The notes under the pieces: model-generated
The model's database searches: none
What the model was told of the DNA's origin: nothing
Seen by the model: the letters and a program-made list of their open reading frames with translations, nothing else
Shown: piece by piece, positions 1 to 4,040 of the stretch
Layout: each line of letters begins with the position of its first letter
How positions within the stretch are numbered: the stretch's first letter is position 1
DNA from: Naegleria gruberi
Lineage: Eukaryota
NCBI GenBank assembly: GCA_000004985.1
Contig: GG739200.1
Direction: 5' to 3' (one strand)
Length of the DNA stretch: 4,040 nt
Position numbers and translations under genes: made by a program

Positions 1-200
1 GGGTTAGATTGTTCTCAGAGGAGTATCTTCCAACAAATTCAATCATTATTCCCAAGACAAGTAATAATACTATTATAGCTGTGAAAAGTACTATCATTAC
101 TCAGAAGAGTTCAAATGTTTCTCAGTCTTGGAGAACGTCAATACTCGACTGTATTCATTTCAACTTAAATGCATCAAATAATTCAAACATTACCTTATGA
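1..200 (+). CDS. Possible 3'-terminal coding fragment of an upstream gene, with a Ser/Thr/Asn/Ile-rich tail. The frame is open from the window edge (codons from nt 3) to TGA at 198-200.
   Basis: About 65 codons run without a stop in an AT-rich context where stops are frequent. The track's start at 9 is TTG, not ATG. The product is low-complexity (TNSIIIPKTSNNTIIAVKSTIITQKSSNVSQSW...) with several N-x-S/T sequons. No domain is recognisable, so this may be non-coding. Confidence 0.2.
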   Translation, partial: VRLFSEEYLPTNSIIIPKTSNNTIIAVKSTIITQKSSNVSQSWRTSILDCIHFNLNASNNSNITL

Positions 201-237
201 ACCTGAACAAATGTATAATTGTATTTTCTTCAATTTC

Positions 238-249
238 AAATATTAAAAA
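238..249 (+). promoter_or_regulatory. A-rich translation-start context (AAATATTAAAAA) immediately before the ATG at 250. It contains the 11-mer AATATTAAAAA, which is also found upstream of the gene-2 ATG.
   Basis: Read directly from the sequence. A at -3 and the A-run before the ATG are typical of AT-rich eukaryote start sites. Any role as a core promoter or initiator element is speculative. Confidence 0.25.
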
Positions 250-863
250 ATGTCATTACAACTCATTCCACTCGATACCATCACGATCATTGCTAAATTT
301 CTTTCATTTTCCGAACATCTCCAACTCATGCTAATCAATACCATTTGGTTCCATCTTTTAAATAGTGATGAGATGTGGAGAGGAAGAATAACACAACTCG
401 ACTCTCATCTTTCAATTCATGCCAAGTTGCTCAACAGGGAAGAACCCATTAAACTCCATGCAGAAAGTTCGAATATTAGAGAAATTCTAATGAATATTTA
501 TAAAGAAACCAAGGAATCGATCGATCTAGCATATAAATTGAAAGAATGTAAGAAAATTAAAAAACTCAAAAACACTTGGAGTACTAATTCGGAAGAAATT
601 GAAAACTTTACTAAATTTTGTGAGAATTTCAAATTGGAGGAATATGCGAATTTACTGAAAGAATCAGAGCCAATTAGATGTTGCCTAGTTGGGCCACATG
701 CTATTGGAAAGACCACTCTGTGTTATTATCTTCACCTTAGGAATGAAAAATCCAAATTGGAAGAGTGGTTTTCTGGATGGGGTCCCCATTACTATGATTC
801 GTGTGATATTGATAGAAGTGAAGGTTATTGTTTACAATTAGTAGACACACCAGGTCAGGAAGA
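250..863 (+). CDS. Exon 1 of an F-box/Rho-like GTPase gene. It carries an N-terminal F-box-like motif (about nt 262-378, LIPLDTITIIAKFLSFSEHLQLMLINTIWFHLLNSDEMW). A Lys/Glu-rich linker follows. The small-GTPase G domain starts at about nt 670, with P-loop GPHAIGKT at 691-714 and DTPGQE at 844-861. The exon ends in phase 2 (GA|).
   Basis: The ATG at 250 sits in an A-rich context. A 204-codon open frame covers the exon. The F-box spacing pattern (LP.D....I...L.....L..L..V...W....W) and the G1/G3 GTPase motifs were read directly from the translation. The in-frame TAA at 865-867 lies inside the proposed intron. Confidence 0.7.
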
Positions 864-920
864 GTAAGTTTAATGATTCATTCTCAACCCTTTAATCATT
901 GAATTATTATTATTACTCAG
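864..920 (+). other. Spliceosomal intron, 57 nt, phase 2. The donor is GTAAGTT and the acceptor is ..TTACTCAG.
   Basis: Removing 864-920 joins ..DTPGQE-GA|T-YDRLRPLSY.., which is exactly the Rho-family switch-II consensus DTAGQEDYDRLRPLSY. The canonical GTAAGT donor starts at 864 and an AG acceptor sits at 919-920. The intron holds an in-frame stop and an (ATT)4 run. Confidence 0.65.
903..914. repeat. (ATT)4 trinucleotide run inside the intron.
   Basis: attattattatt is visible in the sequence. Minor. Confidence 0.5.
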
Positions 921-1170
921 TTATGACAGATTAAGACCTTTATCTTATGATAAACCATCCAAATGTCACATTTTTATAATGTGCTATGCAATATCGAGTC
1001 CAGTAATGATGATTAAGTGTTTGGAGGATTTTTCTGATAGATTTCTTCCAGAAATTCAATCATTTTTGGATTACAACAGGTCAGTGTTGGTAGTTGGAAC
1101 AAAATCTGATATTTGTGATTATTCAAAAACAGGAGATTTTCGTTTGGGAAAATATTGGAATAGTTATTTG
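921..1170 (+). CDS. Exon 2 of the F-box/Rho-like GTPase gene, truncated by the assembly gap. It encodes (D)YDRLRPLSYDKPSKCHIFIMCYAISSPVMMIKCLEDFSDRFLPEIQSFLDYNRSVLVVGTKSDICDYSKTGDFRLGKYWNSYL...
   Basis: The frame is continuous with exon 1 after splicing. It aligns collinearly with RhoA residues 63 to about 140 (DYDRLRPLSY ... F.C.S..SP.S.EN..EKW.PE.... ...LVG.K.DL). The G4 motif reads TKSD instead of NKxD. The frame runs open into the N-run at 1171. Confidence 0.7.
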
Positions 1171-2613
1171 NNNNNNNNNNNNNNNNNNNNNNNNNNNNNN
1201 NNNNNNNNNNNNNNNNNNNNNNNNNNNNNNNNNNNNNNNNNNNNNNNNNNNNNNNNNNNNNNNNNNNNNNNNNNNNNNNNNNNNNNNNNNNNNNNNNNNN
1301 NNNNNNNNNNNNNNNNNNNNNNNNNNNNNNNNNNNNNNNNNNNNNNNNNNNNNNNNNNNNNNNNNNNNNNNNNNNNNNNNNNNNNNNNNNNNNNNNNNNN
1401 NNNNNNNNNNNNNNNNNNNNNNNNNNNNNNNNNNNNNNNNNNNNNNNNNNNNNNNNNNNNNNNNNNNNNNNNNNNNNNNNNNNNNNNNNNNNNNNNNNNN
1501 NNNNNNNNNNNNNNNNNNNNNNNNNNNNNNNNNNNNNNNNNNNNNNNNNNNNNNNNNNNNNNNNNNNNNNNNNNNNNNNNNNNNNNNNNNNNNNNNNNNN
1601 NNNNNNNNNNNNNNNNNNNNNNNNNNNNNNNNNNNNNNNNNNNNNNNNNNNNNNNNNNNNNNNNNNNNNNNNNNNNNNNNNNNNNNNNNNNNNNNNNNNN
1701 NNNNNNNNNNNNNNNNNNNNNNNNNNNNNNNNNNNNNNNNNNNNNNNNNNNNNNNNNNNNNNNNNNNNNNNNNNNNNNNNNNNNNNNNNNNNNNNNNNNN
1801 NNNNNNNNNNNNNNNNNNNNNNNNNNNNNNNNNNNNNNNNNNNNNNNNNNNNNNNNNNNNNNNNNNNNNNNNNNNNNNNNNNNNNNNNNNNNNNNNNNNN
1901 NNNNNNNNNNNNNNNNNNNNNNNNNNNNNNNNNNNNNNNNNNNNNNNNNNNNNNNNNNNNNNNNNNNNNNNNNNNNNNNNNNNNNNNNNNNNNNNNNNNN
2001 NNNNNNNNNNNNNNNNNNNNNNNNNNNNNNNNNNNNNNNNNNNNNNNNNNNNNNNNNNNNNNNNNNNNNNNNNNNNNNNNNNNNNNNNNNNNNNNNNNNN
2101 NNNNNNNNNNNNNNNNNNNNNNNNNNNNNNNNNNNNNNNNNNNNNNNNNNNNNNNNNNNNNNNNNNNNNNNNNNNNNNNNNNNNNNNNNNNNNNNNNNNN
2201 NNNNNNNNNNNNNNNNNNNNNNNNNNNNNNNNNNNNNNNNNNNNNNNNNNNNNNNNNNNNNNNNNNNNNNNNNNNNNNNNNNNNNNNNNNNNNNNNNNNN
2301 NNNNNNNNNNNNNNNNNNNNNNNNNNNNNNNNNNNNNNNNNNNNNNNNNNNNNNNNNNNNNNNNNNNNNNNNNNNNNNNNNNNNNNNNNNNNNNNNNNNN
2401 NNNNNNNNNNNNNNNNNNNNNNNNNNNNNNNNNNNNNNNNNNNNNNNNNNNNNNNNNNNNNNNNNNNNNNNNNNNNNNNNNNNNNNNNNNNNNNNNNNNN
2501 NNNNNNNNNNNNNNNNNNNNNNNNNNNNNNNNNNNNNNNNNNNNNNNNNNNNNNNNNNNNNNNNNNNNNNNNNNNNNNNNNNNNNNNNNNNNNNNNNNNN
2601 NNNNNNNNNNNNN
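1171..2613. other. Assembly gap of 1,443 N.
   Basis: An uninterrupted run of n. It separates the 3' portions of two convergent genes. All ORF-track entries made of X are artifacts of this gap. Confidence 0.99.
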
Positions 2614-2881
2614 CATAACATTGATTCTTGGTAGTTATGGCAATTATTAAATTATTTAATTGATTAGTCGTAACAGTAGTAATATATGAAATGGTACCAT
2701 CAAGTTTTGGGAGTGTATAATCTATTTTATGGAAATTAATATGGAGTACTTTAACTTTGTTTACTCCGAGTTGATCTTTCAAGCCTTGTGGAATTTTTAA
2801 TAAATTATCGGATAGAATTAGTTTTACTAATTCTTGTTCATGATCTTCTTGATGTTCTTCTTTTTGTGGAATTCTCTTCAT
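2614..2881 (-). CDS. N-terminal part of a leucine-rich-repeat protein. The product is MKRIPQKEEHQEDHEQELVKLILSDNLLKIPQGLKDQLGVNKVKVLHINFHKIDYTLPKLDGTISYITTVTTNQLNNLIIAITTKNQCY... and continues into the gap.
   Basis: The first ATG on the - strand is the reverse complement of 2879-2881. It is preceded by AAAAAAA, the same A-rich start context as gene 1. A classical LRR signature LxxLxLxxNxLxxIPxxL is present (LVKLILSDNLLKIPQGL), followed by a second LRR-like unit (VKVLHINFHKI). The frame stays open down to the N-run. The upstream in-frame hydrophobic stretch on the track begins at TTG, not ATG. Confidence 0.5.
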
Positions 2882-2892
2882 TTTTTTTGTAG

Positions 2893-2908
2893 TTTTTAAT
2901 ATTAAAAA
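2893..2908 (-). promoter_or_regulatory. A/T palindrome TTTTAATATTAAAA (2894-2907) containing AATATTAAAAA in the minus sense. It lies 12-27 nt upstream of the gene-2 ATG.
   Basis: Read from the sequence. It is a perfect 14-nt palindrome and shares an 11-mer with the gene-1 start region. Its function is speculative. Confidence 0.2.
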
Positions 2909-3694
2909 TAATACCAAAATAAAGATCAGCAAGGCTACACTTTTAAAAAGCAATAAATAAACTCGATTGTTAGCTATCTTTATTCTTCAATAACCTGAAC
3001 AAACAAGATTCGTCCAAGAACTCTTGAATTCACTGTTCATACAGTCAAAGACTGTAGCGGGATTGTCGCCATATTCCTGGCAGGCTTCCCGTCTAAATCA
3101 TTAAGTGAAATTTATTAAAATCTTAAATTTAATTATTTTTTAGTCATTAATATTATTGGCATTCTACATTGGGGCAGTAGTTGATTATGAAGAAACTCTT
3201 TTCATTTTCCAGTATTTAGTACCAAGCCAAATATTTCCTTAGGTGTCCTAAGATTTCAGGATAAAGAACTATTTGCCAAGTTAATTGAAAAAAGACTACA
3301 GCAGCACAGGTTCCCACATCAGTACTACAAAGACCAATGTTAGATTCATTATTGCAGGTGGATTTGTTACACATCTGGTATCTAATTGTGGTTGTTGTGA
3401 TATTGATATTTTCACAATTTCTAATGGGTCTAGTTACGAAATTATCGATGATATGATCATCATAGATTTGGTATTATTTTTTAATGAAAAACTATTATCA
3501 TCATTCCAGTGAAATGTGAGCTTAAAAACTCTCTGAGCCATGTCATGAATGTTTGTGCATGGAGTCTGTGTTCAAATGGGTGCAAATCAACACACAGTGT
3601 ATCCAATCCTCTTCTACTATATTTGATGGCTCTATTTACAATATGATATTCACTACTTTTGTCATACCATTGAAGAGTTACTCATCAAACATCC

Positions 3695-4040
3695 ATGTAC
3701 ATTACTGAAGGTTATTTGGATAGCCATCATAAAAGCAAGTATGGATTCGATAGATGCTACTTGTGCAATCAATACAAGATGGACGGCTTTAAATCCATGT
3801 GTCACAAATGTAAATATTGGAATATTGGAATGGAAAAGATGCATAGAGATCTTTCTGGAAAAGTTGCATTCGTTACAGGAGGAAGATGTAAAATAGGTTA
3901 TGAAACTAGTTTGCTATTATTGAGAATGAAAGCAACTGTAGTGGTCACAACAAGATTTGGCTTTAATGCACTCTCCAAATTCCAGAAAGAAAGCGACTAT
4001 AAGGAATGGAAAGATAATTTGATTATTTACCCTCTGAATT
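3695..4040 (+). CDS. N-terminal part of a short-chain dehydrogenase/reductase (SDR) family oxidoreductase; the ORF runs off the window end. Alternative starts lie at 3779 (MDGF.., strong Kozak context A-3/G+4) and at 3830 (MEKMHRDLSGKVAFVTGG.., the canonical SDR N-terminus).
   Basis: The frame is open from the TGA at 3671-3673 to the window end (122 codons). The Rossmann nucleotide-binding motif KVAFVTGGRCKIGYETSLLLLRMKATVVVTTR was read directly; it has the TGxxxGxG form and a basic Arg after beta-2, which suggests NADP(H) preference. Upstream of that core is an in-frame CYLC-x11-CHKC segment. The ORF track did not list this ORF because it has no stop inside the window. Confidence 0.6.
   Translation, partial: MYITEGYLDSHHKSKYGFDRCYLCNQYKMDGFKSMCHKCKYWNIGMEKMHRDLSGKVAFVTGGRCKIGYETSLLLLRMKATVVVTTRFGFNALSKFQKESDYKEWKDNLIIYPLN

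Noticed and set aside
9-11. ORF-track methionine starts at 9 (+) and 2953 (-).
   Set aside because: Both are TTG codons, rendered as M by a bacterial-style ORF finder. In this clearly eukaryotic, intron-containing sequence they are not credible initiation codons.
498-716. 72-aa ORF on the - strand.
   Set aside because: It lies entirely antisense to the well-supported F-box/Rho exon 1. Its low-complexity product has no recognisable motif, as expected for an antisense shadow ORF in AT-rich coding DNA.
1013-2953. Very long ORF-track entries (551, 646, 518, 497 and 485 aa) spanning the N-run on both strands.
   Set aside because: They consist almost entirely of X translated from n and are artifacts of the assembly gap. 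Only their real-sequence ends are informative (1013-1170 + strand, which is Rho exon 2, and 2614-2881 - strand, the LRR gene). The minus-strand tail at 1013-1170 (..NPKMIEFLEEIYQKNPPNT) is simply antisense to the Rho exon.
199-3004. A 12-mer AACCTGAACAAA is present twice on the + strand (199-210 and 2993-3004), each about 40-50 nt upstream of a gene start (gene 1 on +, gene 2 on -).
   Set aside because: For the - strand gene the motif is in the opposite orientation. An exact 12-mer repeat within a 4-kb window of biased composition is not far from chance expectation (on the order of 0.1-0.5 expected). I therefore do not call it a regulatory element.
3285-3512. 75-aa + strand ORF (MKKDYSSTGSHISTTK...). 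The complementary - strand over the same span is also open for about 80 codons, with a Cys-rich reading (..RPIRNCENINITTTTIRYQMCNKSTCNNESNIGLCSTDVGTCAAVV..).
   Set aside because: Both strands are open over the same span, neither translation shows a recognisable domain, and the minus reading has no ATG before the middle. The region lies in the intergenic space between divergent genes. I judge it more likely non-coding, or a possible unannotated small exon, and the sequence alone cannot support a call.
3813-3828. Tandem duplication AATATTGG AATATTGG inside the SDR upstream extension.
   Set aside because: It is only two copies of an 8-mer, which is trivial slippage-scale repetition. It does not disrupt the reading frame (encoding ..YWNIG..) and has no evident function.
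3662-3844. 60-aa ORF on the - strand.
   Set aside because: It is antisense to the SDR N-terminal region and start codon, with no domain signal. The + strand reading has the clear SDR Rossmann motif.
1-4040. Prokaryotic-style features (operon, CRISPR array, IS element, RBS, rho-independent terminators).
   Set aside because: Nothing in the sequence supports them. The window has a spliceosomal intron and eukaryote-specific domains (F-box, Rho, LRR). It has no direct-repeat/spacer periodicity and no inverted terminal repeats or transposase-like ORF. Calling such features would be unsupported.

Overview
This window is an AT-rich eukaryotic nuclear scaffold fragment, not prokaryotic. Three things support that: a short GT-AG spliceosomal intron, eukaryote-type domains (F-box, Rho GTPase, LRR), and an assembly gap of 1,443 N (1171-2613). 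Three partial protein-coding genes are visible. (1) On the + strand, 250-1170, two exons are joined by a 57-nt intron (864-920). They encode an N-terminal F-box-like motif fused in one frame to a divergent Rho-family small GTPase; the splice recreates the Rho switch-II signature DTxGQED|YDRLRPLSY. This gene is truncated by the gap. (2) On the - strand, from ATG 2881 down to the gap, is the N-terminus of a leucine-rich-repeat protein. It is convergent with gene 1, and both 3' ends are lost in the gap. (3) On the + strand, 3695 (or 3779/3830) to the window end, is the N-terminus of a short-chain dehydrogenase/reductase (TGGxxxIG Rossmann motif). It has an in-frame Cys-rich CxxC-x11-CxxC extension of uncertain status. 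The most interesting item is the F-box/Rho fusion, whose GTPase motifs are degenerate. No rRNA, tRNA, CRISPR or mobile element is recognisable. The ORF-track 'M' residues at 9 and 2953 are TTG codons (bacterial alternative starts) and are not meaningful here. All X-run ORFs are gap artifacts.
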